From Nitrosopumilus sp. (GTDB taxonomy: Archaea > Thermoproteota > Nitrososphaeria > Nitrososphaerales > Nitrosopumilaceae), in assembly GCA_965214775.1 (NCBI GenBank), contig OZ243974.1, positions 960,001 through 1,024,000 on the forward strand: a stretch of 64,000 nucleotides of DNA, given 5' to 3'. The position numbers were made by a program, and so were the translations under genes. Every line of letters begins with the position of its first letter. Position 1 is the stretch's first letter. The notes beneath the pieces are model-generated. The model ran no database searches. It had not been told where the DNA came from and worked only from the letters and a program-made list of their open reading frames with translations. Positions 1 through 11,035 of this stretch are shown here, in pieces.

Positions 1-2
1 TC

Positions 3-359
3 TTTTCGACAATCATTGGGTGGTATTGTGTTTCAAGAATTGGGTGGAAAAGGACTGCAGGAAACAAAATTGTCGGAGTCAAAATGGCTCTATTGCAAGT
101 AATGCTGCTGGGTTTTTCAATAATTGCGTTATACGAAGTGTTGTACAATTTCACTGTTCTAAACGCACAAATTGCAGCCAAGATAGTTGATGGAATGGTC
201 CCCGACATTGACAGGTTATCAGTAGCGTATCCTGATCCTGATCGTCCGTGGAATTTGGTTTTTGCAACCAAGGTATTCCTTGCCGCATTCATTATCAGCA
301 CCCATGCATTCTATCTTAGCATAAAGCCAAGAAAAAGTTTGGACGACTATAAAGAATAA
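3..359 (+). CDS. membrane protein, 5' end outside window
   Basis: Frame open from the window edge (FSTIIGWYCV...) through ORF 84..359; hydrophobic segments. Confidence 0.6.
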   Translation, partial: FSTIIGWYCVSRIGWKRTAGNKIVGVKMALLQVMLLGFSIIALYEVLYNFTVLNAQIAAKIVDGMVPDIDRLSVAYPDPDRPWNLVFATKVFLAAFIISTHAFYLSIKPRKSLDDYKE

Positions 360-899
360 AGACACGTAAAAACTATTTTTTTCTGGCTTGGTGTAATTAA
401 ACATGGGACTTTGGCTCAAACGCAAATGATCTAAAATACAAAAGATGCAGGACCGCTCTTTCAGATTATGATCGCCTGAAAAGAGGACACGCCGGGACAG
501 GCTCATAACAGGAAGGGAGAGATGCGGGGTTTGCGGAACCGGATTTGACGCGACTGACGAATTAGGAAGAAGGCACAAGAAAGATTGCAAATAAACCAAA
601 AAAGGCAAGAGGGAAGAAAGATGTCTTGTTTTGCAGTGGTTTTGGCGCCCTTCCAATGGCCTCAAGATTGGCAGTCCAATTGAGTTCAAGGTTGATGTTT
701 GGGACGTTTCTGGGCCTAGCAGGACTGACTGCCCGGACAGGGCTTCCAGAAAATTCTCTCCGGCCCTTTCTTGTAATTTTCAATCGGCAGCCCCGACCCC
801 CTCCCCCAACGGTATACGCCCCATTGAATTTCCACCATGCAAAATCTCAAAATTGTTTTGAATAGCTTTATAGGCATACTTTGTAAGAGCTGTTTTGGT

Positions 900-1940
900 T
901 TGGATGTATTAGAAAAAGTTGACTTGATTGAAAAGCCTCCAACCGAAGAAGTGGTTACCAGAGATGAACTCACCGAACTATTCAAGACAAATTCGTCACC
1001 AAACCATTACATCGGATTAGAGATATCGGGATTTTTACATCTAGGAAGTTTAATCAGTACCGGGTTCAAAATTAACGATTTTGCAAAAGCCGGCGTCAGA
1101 TGTAAGATCTTTCTTGCAGATTGGCACACTATGATTAATGACAAACTCGGCGGGGATTGGGAAACAATTTCCAGGGTTTCAAGGTATTACCAGGATGCCT
1201 TCAAACTGGTCTGTCCTGATGCAGAGATAGTTCTAGGATCAGGGCTGTATGAGGAAAAAACGGGGTATTGGTCTGAGCTTGTACGGTTTGCAAAGCATAT
1301 GTCAATAGCAAGAACAATGAGGACCCTTACAGTTATGGGGCGCTCAGAAGACGATGACAAGATTGATGTTGCGAAATTACTGTATCCGGCAATGCAAGCA
1401 GTGGACATCCACTCGTTGGATGTGGATATCGCTCATGCAGGAATGGATCAGAGAAAAATCCACATGCTGGTTCGCGAGGTTTTTCCAAAAATGAGATGGA
1501 AGGTTCCGGTAGCCGTTCACCACAGACTGCTTCCGGGGCTATCAAAGCCGGCTGACCCGGCTGAAACCGTAGGCAAGATGAGCAAGTCGGATCCAAATTC
1601 AGGCTTGTTTGTCCACAATTCTGACGAGGAAATCAAGAAGAAGATCAGCATGGCATGGTGTGAGGAAGCAAACGTTGGGAACAATCCCCTCCTAGAAATT
1701 GCAAGGACGGTGATTTTCCATGAGTTTTCTGAGATGAATGTGGAAAGGCCAGAAAAATTTGGCGGAAATGTCTCATATGCAACCTATGAGGAGCTAGAGT
1801 CTGATTTTGCAAACAAAAAACTGCATCCCAGTGATTTGAAGCAGGCAGCGGGCAGCTATCTTGTAAGGATCGTATCGCCAATCAGGGACAAGCTGAATCC
1901 TAGCGACGAAATTTTTGAGGCAATCAAGAGGAGCTACTAA
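900..1940 (+). CDS. tyrS: tyrosyl-tRNA synthetase (archaeal type)
   Basis: HLGS (HIGH-like) and KMSKS motifs, YPAMQAVD, GMDQRKIH; probable TTG start at 900. Confidence 0.95.
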   Translation: MDVLEKVDLIEKPPTEEVVTRDELTELFKTNSSPNHYIGLEISGFLHLGSLISTGFKINDFAKAGVRCKIFLADWHTMINDKLGGDWETISRVSRYYQDAFKLVCPDAEIVLGSGLYEEKTGYWSELVRFAKHMSIARTMRTLTVMGRSEDDDKIDVAKLLYPAMQAVDIHSLDVDIAHAGMDQRKIHMLVREVFPKMRWKVPVAVHHRLLPGLSKPADPAETVGKMSKSDPNSGLFVHNSDEEIKKKISMAWCEEANVGNNPLLEIARTVIFHEFSEMNVERPEKFGGNVSYATYEELESDFANKKLHPSDLKQAAGSYLVRIVSPIRDKLNPSDEIFEAIKRSY

Positions 1941-1948
1941 CCTTAAGA

Positions 1949-2740
1949 TCAGGGCTTGCCTGCCTGTTCTTCTAGGTTGTATTTTGATTTGTATCCTCGG
2001 GGGTTGATCAGCAGGTCTTTGTAGGTATAAGTTGAGGAATTTCCAACAATTACGGTGCTGAGCATTCCAAGCTCGCCTGAGTGATTTGGCAGGTTTTCCA
2101 AATCAGTCAGCACCACGGTTTCAGACTCCCTGAACGCGCCCTTGATGATTGCCACAGGTGTCGCCGGTTTTCTATACTTTAGAAGAATTTTTCTCGTATC
2201 CTGAAGTTGACGGACCCTTTTTTTGCTTGCAGGGTTGTAAACTACAATTACAAAGTCGCCTTTAGCTGCTGCCTCCACTCTGCTTTCAATAACCTCCCAC
2301 GGGACAAGCAGGTCACTCATGCTGACTACGGCAAAATCAGTCATCAGCGGAGAGCCGACTATTGAAGCGCAAGAGTTCAGGGCCGAGACGCCCGGAACGA
2401 CTTCCACCTGCAATCCGTCTTTTGGATTCCATCCGGCTTCTGCAAGGGTTTCATAAATCAAACCGGCCATTCCGTAAATTCCGGGATCCCCGCTGGAAAC
2501 CAGGGAGACGACTTTGCCGGATTTTGCAAGATCAATGCACTGGCGTGCACGCTCAACCTCCTGTGTCATCGCATAGCGATAGACGGTTTTGCCTTCAATG
2601 AGGTCCTGAACCAAATTTACGTATGTCTCATACCCGACAATAGTATCGCTCTCGGAGATTGCCTCTTTTGCTCTAAATGTCATGTGATCATGGTGTCCCG
2701 GACCAACGCCTACAATGTTTAGTTTCCCAGTCAGCAACAA
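1949..2740 (-). CDS. cobJ: precorrin-3B C17-methyltransferase
   Basis: VGVGPG, SSGDPGIYGMAG, VPGVSA, ending INPRGY. Confidence 0.9.
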   Translation of the reverse strand: MLLTGKLNIVGVGPGHHDHMTFRAKEAISESDTIVGYETYVNLVQDLIEGKTVYRYAMTQEVERARQCIDLAKSGKVVSLVSSGDPGIYGMAGLIYETLAEAGWNPKDGLQVEVVPGVSALNSCASIVGSPLMTDFAVVSMSDLLVPWEVIESRVEAAAKGDFVIVVYNPASKKRVRQLQDTRKILLKYRKPATPVAIIKGAFRESETVVLTDLENLPNHSGELGMLSTVIVGNSSTYTYKDLLINPRGYKSKYNLEEQAGKP

Positions 2741-2785
2741 ATGAAATTCCTTTTTGAATAATTTATCCGTTTAGAGGTGTGTTTT

Positions 2786-4249
2786 CTATTGGAAGGGATC
2801 AACAAACGGACAGTTAACAACATGATCGCTGTTTGTTGGTCTTGCCATGCTTACTGAGATCAGATTATCATCCATAAAAGAATCAATGTCCGACTTTGTT
2901 TCAAGTAATTTTGCAGAGTCGTCGTCGTTCCATTCCACAAGATAAATTCTCCACATCGGGCTGTAGTCTTCATCGTCTGGCCCGGCCGAGGCGATTCCGG
3001 GCTGGAAACCCAATGGGCCGGTTCCTGCAATTCCGTTTCTGAATTGGAACAGATCGGCTGCTGCAGGACTGGCAATTAAATTGGCTGATGATGGTGATGA
3101 GACAACGCCCATTGTTTGGGCTGGGCCGGAGGGAGTCGCATCAGTGGCGATACAGTAAACGGTTCTTCCATCAGGTCCCCACCCCCTATGAGCAACAAAG
3201 GTTACGGTCATCTCTTCGGAGTCAATTTCAGTAATTTGACTGCCTCCGTACGGCATGTCATCAGAAATGGTGCTGTTAGAACGGACTGGCATCTGTCCTT
3301 CAGGCCAAACTATTTGAGGAGTGTTCAAAACAATCCCGGTCTCATGATATTGTATTCTTTCGCTTTCTTTGGCCTCTAGAATTTCTTCCTCGTTTTCAAA
3401 AACCGTTTCTTTTTGACCGGGCTTCCATGTAACTTCGACTAGGGAGCCAAGTGCGCTGTATTTTGACTCTTGTGCAGGAGTGGATGAAAATACCTCGTGC
3501 TGGTATCCAAGAATTCCTTCCCCCTTGACGCCGTTCTTGAAGAGGTATATTTTCTGTAGCGCGTTTTGAGGAGCCTCAGCAAGAGGAGGCGCAGTCCGGA
3601 CTTTCCAGCCTTGCTTTTCAGTAAGGAAGTCAGAGTACTCTTCATCGCTTCCATCAGTAATGACATACAGGACATCGCTTCCTTCAAAAATTCCCTTGTG
3701 CATCGGAATCGTGACAGGAACGTTTGCTTTTGCAAGAAGCAGCGACGGCTTTTCTTTTTCAAACTCAATTTTTTGCATTATTACTTCAGTCGATTGCCCG
3801 CGAATCCAGCCGTCCACACTTACTGTAGAGGTAAACTGTTTTGAATTCAAAGAGCGCAATCCGACTGCAGCTCCTGTAAATTCAAAACTCCCGGACTCTT
3901 TTTCTGAGTCAATCAACGACAAGCCATACACTGTCTTTCCATCAACGCTCCACACAGGCTGGCCTTTGGCCTCTTGAGAACTTATCTCATGAAGAACTGC
4001 CAGCTGTACAGGCTCGCTTGAGGTGTATGTGATAGAGCCGTCATAAAGGGTTCCCCGGTTAGGCGACAAGACTAGTGCCAGCTGGTGATTCTCGTTTCCC
4101 TGGCCCGGATCTTGGGATGACTGGATCGTCTGAGTAAAATGAATCTTTTTTCTAGAGCCGGCATCTACAAATTGATCAGAGAATGTAGATATTGAAACTA
4201 TTCCCAAAACCAAAACCCCAACTGCGGCAATTGCTATTGCTTTTTTCAC
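2786..4249 (-). CDS. exported hypothetical protein
   Basis: 487-aa ORF with signal/anchor peptide; two related YSAL/YSPMW...NxP segments. Confidence 0.7.
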   Translation of the reverse strand: MKKAIAIAAVGVLVLGIVSISTFSDQFVDAGSRKKIHFTQTIQSSQDPGQGNENHQLALVLSPNRGTLYDGSITYTSSEPVQLAVLHEISSQEAKGQPVWSVDGKTVYGLSLIDSEKESGSFEFTGAAVGLRSLNSKQFTSTVSVDGWIRGQSTEVIMQKIEFEKEKPSLLLAKANVPVTIPMHKGIFEGSDVLYVITDGSDEEYSDFLTEKQGWKVRTAPPLAEAPQNALQKIYLFKNGVKGEGILGYQHEVFSSTPAQESKYSALGSLVEVTWKPGQKETVFENEEEILEAKESERIQYHETGIVLNTPQIVWPEGQMPVRSNSTISDDMPYGGSQITEIDSEEMTVTFVAHRGWGPDGRTVYCIATDATPSGPAQTMGVVSSPSSANLIASPAAADLFQFRNGIAGTGPLGFQPGIASAGPDDEDYSPMWRIYLVEWNDDDSAKLLETKSDIDSFMDDNLISVSMARPTNSDHVVNCPFVDPFQ

Positions 4250-4288
4250 TATAACGTCAAGCCCTGTTTTCCCTTAAATGACTTTGTC

Positions 4289-5692
4289 TTAGTTGATTCT
4301 GTCAAGTTCAAACTCATTGTGCAGTGCGCGGACAGCTGCGCCGGTATCAGAATTTTTTACAACAAATGCAAGATTCATCTCTGATGAGCCTTGTGTAATC
4401 ATTGAGACGTTTACCTTGTTTTTCTGTATTGAGCCAAAGACTTTGGAGGCTACGCCCACAGTGCCACGCATTCCGGAGCCTATCAAGGCAATTATTGCAA
4501 CGTCAGTTGTCACTTCAAGCTTTTTGATTATTTTTCCCAACAGTTCCATCTCAAGTGCGCTGACTGCCCTGTCAAGATCTGTATTTTTTACCACAATAGT
4601 AATGCTTGATTCGGAAGGATTCTGAGAGATCATCATGACATTAATGCCGGCCTTGGCCAGCGTTGCAAAGATCTTGGCAGCTGTTCCCGGATTCCCGACC
4701 ATGCTGCCCCCTCTAATGTCAATTAGGCCGTTATTCTTCACGTTGCTGACACACTTTACAGTATTTCTTGCCGATGCAGAAGGCGATGCAGTTACAAGGG
4801 TTCCCTCGTTTTTTACATTAAAGGAACTTCTTATCTTCATTGGAATTTTCTTTGAGATCAGCGGCTCAAAGGTACGTGGATGGATTTGTTTTGCTCCAAA
4901 CAGCGCCATTTCAATTGCTTCAACATAGGAAACTTCCTTGAGAAGTTTTGCGTTTTTGACAATCTTGGGATCAGCCGTCATTAACCCGTCCACATCGCTC
5001 ATCAGCCATATCTCGTCTGCCTTCAAACAAGAACCGATGGTCGTTGCAGAATAGTCAGAGCCGCCCCTTCCAAAGGTTGTCACATGTCCGTGCTGATCGG
5101 CACCTGCAAAGCCGCCTACAACCGGAATCGTTCTCTTTGAGAACAGTCCGTCAACGGTCTTTGAGACGCGGAGTCTGGTAGTATCCATTAACGGTTTTGA
5201 CTCGCCAAAGTTTGAATCAGTCACAATCCCTACCTCTTTTCCGGTAAGCGGGACTGACTTTTTTCCCGTATCACGAATGGCGGCAGATACCAGCTTTACG
5301 GACAGCCTTTCTCCAAATGAAATCAGATAGTCCATCGAACGGGCAGTTACTTCGCCCAACAAAACCATTCCGTCAATCAGGGCCAGCAGTTCTGCAAAAT
5401 CCTCATCAAGCTGCGAGGCCAGCTTTTTTCTAACGTCATTTTTTTTGATTGTCTGTGTTGCAAGATGTTTGTGGCGACTCGTAATTTTTGATGCAAGCTT
5501 TTCTGCCTTGGGCTTGTTTTCTCTTTTAATTGATTCAGAGATTTCGATTAGGTCGTCCGTGGTCCCGCTAGTGGCAGAGCAGACAAGTACGAGTTCGTTT
5601 TTCCTTGACAGTGTACTGACATGCTTTGCCACGTTCTGGATGTCTTTTGCAGATGAAATGGATGTTCCTCCGTATTTTATTACAAGTCTCAT
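4289..5692 (-). CDS. lysC: aspartate kinase
   Basis: KYGGTS, TTFGRGGSDYSA, DVDGLMTADP, two C-terminal ACT domains. Confidence 0.95.
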   Translation of the reverse strand: MRLVIKYGGTSISSAKDIQNVAKHVSTLSRKNELVLVCSATSGTTDDLIEISESIKRENKPKAEKLASKITSRHKHLATQTIKKNDVRKKLASQLDEDFAELLALIDGMVLLGEVTARSMDYLISFGERLSVKLVSAAIRDTGKKSVPLTGKEVGIVTDSNFGESKPLMDTTRLRVSKTVDGLFSKRTIPVVGGFAGADQHGHVTTFGRGGSDYSATTIGSCLKADEIWLMSDVDGLMTADPKIVKNAKLLKEVSYVEAIEMALFGAKQIHPRTFEPLISKKIPMKIRSSFNVKNEGTLVTASPSASARNTVKCVSNVKNNGLIDIRGGSMVGNPGTAAKIFATLAKAGINVMMISQNPSESSITIVVKNTDLDRAVSALEMELLGKIIKKLEVTTDVAIIALIGSGMRGTVGVASKVFGSIQKNKVNVSMITQGSSEMNLAFVVKNSDTGAAVRALHNEFELDRIN

Positions 5693-5728
5693 TTCAAGAT
5701 TACCTGAACTAGTTAATCTTTAAATGCT

Positions 5729-6475
5729 TTAACTTTCCACGCGTGGGGCCAGGTAAAAGTGGATTCTTCCTATATTGGCAACCTTGAATTCAATTCTGAG
5801 GGGTTTTGCGCTTGAGAATTCACATGTGATAAATCCCGCATTGGTTCCCACCGCCTTGACAACCGGGTTAAGGTATTCGAGGCTGTATGTTCCTACACCG
5901 TCTTCCTTGGATGAAATTTCTTCAATATCCTCCTCTGATTTGTCAATGTCTATTGTCACTTCGCCAGAATCGCCCTTTCCAGAAAAGTCTGCCTGGGAGT
6001 CCGAGGTCTGTATAGTAAGATAGTCAGAGACCACCTGGACGTCTCCTAAAATTTTATCAAACTTGGAAGAAGACAGGATGATCTTCGAATCGTACGGAAT
6101 TTTTGGTAGCGGGGTATCAGTTGCCGAGCTTTCAATTAGTCGCATTTTGTATTTTTTATTTTTTCCGACAGTTACAAGCAACATGTTTTGGTCTGAAATG
6201 CTTATTTCTATGCTGTCTTTCTTGTCAGCCCGTTTGATTAGTTTTGAAAATTCGTCGATTCTGACGCCGAATTTTATTTCGTTGTCGCATTCGTATTTTT
6301 CAAATGCGGAATTAGGCCACGAGATGTCTATTAGTGCGACATGAGAAGGATCCATTCCCCTAAAGGAGATTCCTTCTGCAGTGGCAGTAAAAGTGGCTTC
6401 CTCAACCAGAGTGGAGATTGCAGATATGATTGCCTTGAGATCATCAGATCCGCTGGTTTTTGCGCCAAAAGTCAA
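5729..6475 (-). CDS. pcn: PCNA sliding clamp
   Basis: MDPSHVALID and C-terminal FYLAPRVE. Confidence 0.95.
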   Translation of the reverse strand: MTFGAKTSGSDDLKAIISAISTLVEEATFTATAEGISFRGMDPSHVALIDISWPNSAFEKYECDNEIKFGVRIDEFSKLIKRADKKDSIEISISDQNMLLVTVGKNKKYKMRLIESSATDTPLPKIPYDSKIILSSSKFDKILGDVQVVSDYLTIQTSDSQADFSGKGDSGEVTIDIDKSEEDIEEISSKEDGVGTYSLEYLNPVVKAVGTNAGFITCEFSSAKPLRIEFKVANIGRIHFYLAPRVES

Positions 6476-6508
6476 ATCAACTTTCCTGACGAATGTTCCA
6501 GTTAAAAG

Positions 6509-6820
6509 TTATGCGTAGTTGCGCCAGGTATGCTTGCATTTTGTACAGCGGTAAAATTGGGTTGTAGGTTCATCGGCACTTCTTGTTTGAAGCATCCACC
6601 AGACTGCCTCATCATTTCCGCATTTTTCGCATTCAATTTTGATTGTAGGATGAGACTCTTCCCCCTCGTTTGATTCAAAGGCCAGAATGGATTCCTCTAC
6701 GGGTTCGTCTGCCTTTTTGGTTTGTTTTTCTTCCTGTCCTTCAGAATAGTCACACTTGGGGCATTGAAGGCCAGAATCGCCCTTTTTTAATTTGGCCTCA
6801 CATTTGGGGCAAAACCTCAA
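6509..6820 (-). CDS. tfs: transcription factor S
   Basis: Two zinc ribbons and QTRSADEP. Confidence 0.93.
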   Translation of the reverse strand: MRFCPKCEAKLKKGDSGLQCPKCDYSEGQEEKQTKKADEPVEESILAFESNEGEESHPTIKIECEKCGNDEAVWWMLQTRSADEPTTQFYRCTKCKHTWRNYA

Positions 6821-6822
6821 TT

Positions 6823-7101
6823 CTAGCTTACCTGAATTTTTGAGTTAAATAATTTCTTGAACTCATCGGCCTTTTTGATTGCCGAATCAGCTGCTTTTTG
6901 AATCCCTCCAAGCGGTTTTGATTTTGAATTGATTCTCATCCAGCACTCGTTTGTGAGCGGATGCTTGACTATAACGCCTGCAAAATCAATGTTTGAATCC
7001 TGTAGGAGCTCATGTTGAATAATATACAAAATTCCAATATCGGTTTCTGTCACTGAAAGGCTGATTTCTTTGGGTTCGGAACTGATCACTTGTGCGTTCA
7101 T
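6823..7101 (-). CDS. rpoL: RNA polymerase subunit L (Rpo11)
   Basis: 92 aa, FAGVIVKHPL motif, rpoL-tfs-pcn gene order. Confidence 0.85.
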   Translation of the reverse strand: MNAQVISSEPKEISLSVTETDIGILYIIQHELLQDSNIDFAGVIVKHPLTNECWMRINSKSKPLGGIQKAADSAIKKADEFKKLFNSKIQVS

Positions 7102-7190
7102 GTATTCAGAAAAAGCACTTATTGCGGATATAAACCAATGCCTCCAAATTCGAACAATTCAGATTAGGTCGGCCTGAGAAGCGATGTGTG

Positions 7191-7860
7191 GTTAGCAGAC
7201 TCTGATCATACATAAACGAATTTACGCTGCATTAGGCCAAGCAACCCTTCCTGCCTGTTCTTCCATTATTCCGTGCCCGAGTCTAGGCTAATGCGCAGAC
7301 AAAAGTGGTTCGAAGTTAGCAGACTCTGATCAGGTGGACACAATGCCATACCAGACCGACCGTACAACACAAGGTTCTCCGTAAAATCAGGCGTGAACGG
7401 GAAGTGTAGATGAATGTTTTACGCCTAGAAAGTTGAGTGCCCGGTGTTGTACGTTTTACTCTGGTAATTTTAGACAGATAATTTGCCATTTGCAAGCATC
7501 TTAATCGATTGGCTTGATGCAAATTAGTTTGTGCGTTATCCGAATCTGCTAATTTCGAGTCAACTCAGGCGTTCTGACAGCGCGTGCCTCATCTCCTCCT
7601 GATCCTGTTCGTATCTCTTGTGTCGTCCTGCCTGCTCTTCTTCCCCAGCAGTCGTCGTATCATCAGTTCGTCCTTGCGCGTCGACGTCATTTTTGTGTAA
7701 GGATGGATCCCGGATCTAGATCAATCGTCTGAAAATATTTGCGGGTTTGATCAAATATGTTGGACATTGCGCGGTGCCGCAAGATGCCGCCTGCCGGCTT
7801 GGCATGTATGACCAGCTTACAACCGCGATATTTTGATCCAGGCGATTACGCATAAGGTCT
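7191..7860. repeat. cluster of degenerate MITE ends at the left edge of the urea region
   Basis: gttagcagactctgatca at 7191 and 7315 and ctaatttcgagtcaactc ending 7566 match F-family ends; gattacgcataaggtct ending 7860 is a D-family end; 7377-7452 resembles 55214-55289. Confidence 0.65.
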
Positions 7861-7988
7861 GGCATACTACGTCCCGGTTATGACTATCAGAAAATGTTTA
7901 CAGGTTCACCAGAAGGATTACAGCAGAGCAAACCCCCATCAGAGCGTACATGAACTTTCTATACCTTGGATGGAGTGTTCTCAGCAAG

Positions 7989-8426
7989 CTACTTTGCCAC
8001 CAATACGGAAACCCTGCATTTGTGCATTACAAAGTTCGAGACGCTGCCCAAAAGCATCTCCCTTATGCCCCCAAGATCCCGGGAGCCGATGACCACCAGA
8101 TCAATCCCGTTTTTCTTCTGGTTGGCATAGTTTGAGATGAGCGAGCCCGGGTGCCCCTTGAGAATTTTCGTCTGAACTCGTATGTCACGCCTTGCTGCGC
8201 CGTCCTTGATTTTTTCCAAGGCGTCTTTGGCATCCGAATACATTACCTCCTGTGCGGCCCTTACGTTGCGGTACGACAGCGGCGAGAAGGGCAGTACATA
8301 AAGCGCGACCAGGGAGGCCCCGTACTGCTTTGCAATTCCCATTGCCTCATTGACTGCGTTTTTTGATTTGTTGGAGGCGTCTACCGGCACCAGGATTTTT
8401 TTATAGCCTGTCATTTGCCCTGTCAC
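7989..8426 (-). CDS. universal stress protein
   Basis: KKILVPVDAS...GSRDLGG...LLGSVSNFV. Confidence 0.9.
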   Translation of the reverse strand: MTGQMTGYKKILVPVDASNKSKNAVNEAMGIAKQYGASLVALYVLPFSPLSYRNVRAAQEVMYSDAKDALEKIKDGAARRDIRVQTKILKGHPGSLISNYANQKKNGIDLVVIGSRDLGGIREMLLGSVSNFVMHKCRVSVLVAK

Positions 8427-8938
8427 CTAGCCTGCAGCCTCGGCTCCCTTCCAAGTACAAGGTTGCGAACCCTGACCATTTTTCTGGCAAGCATAAACCC
8501 CGCGCCGGACATTGAGCTTCCAAGTATGATGTGCAGTATGTTAGAATCCTGCTGTGGCGCGACAAGCATGACATACGCAAATCCCGCAATCATCAGTACC
8601 ACGCCGAATGCCGCAAACAGGGCCATCATGGTAGGTACCCGCGCAGGAACAGGCGGCAGTGCCTTTTCGTCAGATGAGATCTCTGAGAAGTCAAGATCCT
8701 TGCAGACATGGCAGCAGCGGTGCCGCTTTTTGTTTTGCCAGCTGGTCGTTAAAAAGAAGAACTCTTGGTGGCACGAGTCACATTTTCTTTTGGGCAGTGT
8801 GATGTGTCCGTTGTCATCAAAGTCCTGGCCGACCTTTTTCATGCATTCCCTGCAAAAGTATCCGGGAACCCTCCACTGCTTTTGAAAGTTGTACTTCTTC
8901 CAGCCAAGCGTGACATTGCAGCCGGTGCACGAGGTCAT
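8423..8938 (-). CDS. Cys-rich (4x CxxC) membrane protein
   Basis: CTGC, CREC, CDSC, CHVC plus two C-terminal TM helices; overlaps both neighbours by 4 bp. Confidence 0.7.
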   Translation of the reverse strand: MTSCTGCNVTLGWKKYNFQKQWRVPGYFCRECMKKVGQDFDDNGHITLPKRKCDSCHQEFFFLTTSWQNKKRHRCCHVCKDLDFSEISSDEKALPPVPARVPTMMALFAAFGVVLMIAGFAYVMLVAPQQDSNILHIILGSSMSGAGFMLARKMVRVRNLVLGREPRLQAR

Positions 8939-10941
8939 GCGCCCCCTCCTCCCGAGGATTCGGGTGCCTGGTTCTTGCCAAGCACCTGCGCAATTCCCTT
9001 TCTTGCTTCGATTATTGGCAGGAAGATTATGAAGAAGGACGCTACGCTGACCCAGACGACTGATATTCCGACCCAGGCGCTGTATGCCAGTATGTCAAAT
9101 ACCATGCCGGATGCAATAAGCGGCATCGGCCACGCAATGATCAGTACCAGGGTCATGATGCCCCCGCCCTTGAGGCTGAACTTGAACGCCTTTTTGAGGG
9201 TCTCCTCGTTCTCGGTTACCTGGGCAGACTCGGCCTCGGTCAGCTCGACAAGGGTGATCTTCTCCTTGAGATCCTTCCAGTCAAAGGTCGACTTTGTTGC
9301 AAGGCTTCCGATTACAGTTATCGCACCGCCTGTCAGAATTCCGGCAATATTTCCAAACAGCATCGAGTAGTTGTGGCCTAGGCTGTCAAGGTTGATCTGG
9401 CCTCCGTACTCGGGCAGTGATGCTGCGACCGCCAGCCAGGTGGTCAGCGCAACGCCCAGGCCGATTATCGCGCCCGAGGTGGCAGCGACCCTGTTTGTCC
9501 GCCTCCAGAGAATCGTCAGTGCGATCGGGATTACCGCCGCGCCGATTATGATGCCCATTGCAAGGTACACAAAGCCCAAGCTCAGTCCCATGTATAGCAA
9601 CATTACTGCAAGGCCCCCCATCCCTAGGCCGAACCCAACAATCGTCGCCCTGGAAACCTTGACGAGCTTTCTGCCGGAGGCATTTGGGTTCTTGTACGTC
9701 CGGTATATGTCATATGTAATCAGCGAGGAGACGGCAATCAGCTCCGCGGATCCCGCGGACGTCACTGCCATGAACAGCATCGTAAGCACCATGATTGCGC
9801 CGACCTCGCCCATGAGCGCAGTTGCGGCCGCAGGAACCACCAGTCCCAGCTGGACCTGTGCGGGCGTCAGGTCAACGTCCAGCGCGACTGCCGTGAGCCC
9901 CATCGTAGTGGCCAGGGTAAACGGAATTGCAAACCAGCATGCGCCGCCAAGCAAAAAGCCCTTTACGGTGGAGGACGGTTTTGCGGCAATCGCCCTCTGC
10001 CAGTATGCCTGATCAACGAAGACGGTTCCAAAGTTTCCCACTATGTTGATGATGCCAAACATCAGGCCTCCGATTGAGGCCATCGTCAGGAACGCGCCTG
10101 CCGCGTTTCCTTCAATGGGCCTCAGCTCGGCGGCCTCGACAAGCTTGTGGTACATTCCCTCGACGCCGCCGGTGATGTCGCTGTTGACGTATACGGCCGC
10201 AACGAATGTCAGGATTACGACGAATATGATTATTGTATGCATATAGTCGGCAACAAAGGTTGCCTTGAGGCCGCCGACCAGGGTGTAAATCATCACGCCA
10301 ACGGGGATCAAAAAGGCGGCAAGGGATATGTCCATCCCAGTCAGGCCGTTGACCACTGCGGAGCCGCCAAGAAGAAGCATTGCAGTCACGATCATATTGG
10401 TAGTCAGCGCAAAGACGAGGAACACCTTGTGCGAGCCGTTGCCATACCGCGCACGAATGATTTCTAGGAACGTGTGCGCGTTTGGCGCCTTGCGCTTTAG
10501 CTCAATGGCCAGGATTCCAAACAGGAGGACCTGGATTGACGCGCCTGCCGCATACCAGAACGGGCCGCTGATCCCGTACTGGTACGCCACCGTGGATGAC
10601 TGGAGCAGGGTTGCCGCCCAGGTCCAGGCCGAAACGATTGCGGCCGCAGTCAGCCCGGTCTTTATAGTACGGCCCGCAGTATTGAACATCTCGGAGGTCT
10701 GGTTGACGCCGAGGTATCTCTCCTCGATCTTCACCTCGACTGTAATGATGACGGCAAACACCGCACCAAGGCCGACGACGACTGCCCAGCCTATCCATTC
10801 AGGCAGGGCCTCGCCGATTGCAAACCCCTCTGAGATCTCGCCTGCCCCAAAGGCTGCATGTGGGGAGCACGCGGCAATTACGGCAGCTATGGCAAAAAAC
10901 GGAAGAACTCCCACGAGATTTCCATGCCTCATGAAACCCAA
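8935..10941 (-). CDS. DUR3-type urea:solute symporter (SSS family)
   Basis: SAWTWAATLLQS, GNFGTVFVDQAYWQRAIAA; next to ureC. Confidence 0.92.
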   Translation of the reverse strand: MGFMRHGNLVGVLPFFAIAAVIAACSPHAAFGAGEISEGFAIGEALPEWIGWAVVVGLGAVFAVIITVEVKIEERYLGVNQTSEMFNTAGRTIKTGLTAAAIVSAWTWAATLLQSSTVAYQYGISGPFWYAAGASIQVLLFGILAIELKRKAPNAHTFLEIIRARYGNGSHKVFLVFALTTNMIVTAMLLLGGSAVVNGLTGMDISLAAFLIPVGVMIYTLVGGLKATFVADYMHTIIIFVVILTFVAAVYVNSDITGGVEGMYHKLVEAAELRPIEGNAAGAFLTMASIGGLMFGIINIVGNFGTVFVDQAYWQRAIAAKPSSTVKGFLLGGACWFAIPFTLATTMGLTAVALDVDLTPAQVQLGLVVPAAATALMGEVGAIMVLTMLFMAVTSAGSAELIAVSSLITYDIYRTYKNPNASGRKLVKVSRATIVGFGLGMGGLAVMLLYMGLSLGFVYLAMGIIIGAAVIPIALTILWRRTNRVAATSGAIIGLGVALTTWLAVAASLPEYGGQINLDSLGHNYSMLFGNIAGILTGGAITVIGSLATKSTFDWKDLKEKITLVELTEAESAQVTENEETLKKAFKFSLKGGGIMTLVLIIAWPMPLIASGMVFDILAYSAWVGISVVWVSVASFFIIFLPIIEARKGIAQVLGKNQAPESSGGGGA

Positions 10942-11035
10942 TGAGGCGGGATTTACTTAGCAGTTCAAGAGGTTGGTTTCTTTAAATATGAAACGCCTGA
11001 TCGGGTACCGGGTTTCAGTCGATGTCGGCAAAAAA

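Noticed and set aside
400-836. ORFs or ncRNA upstream of tyrS
   Set aside because: No tRNA fold, coherent ORF or repeat family recognisable.
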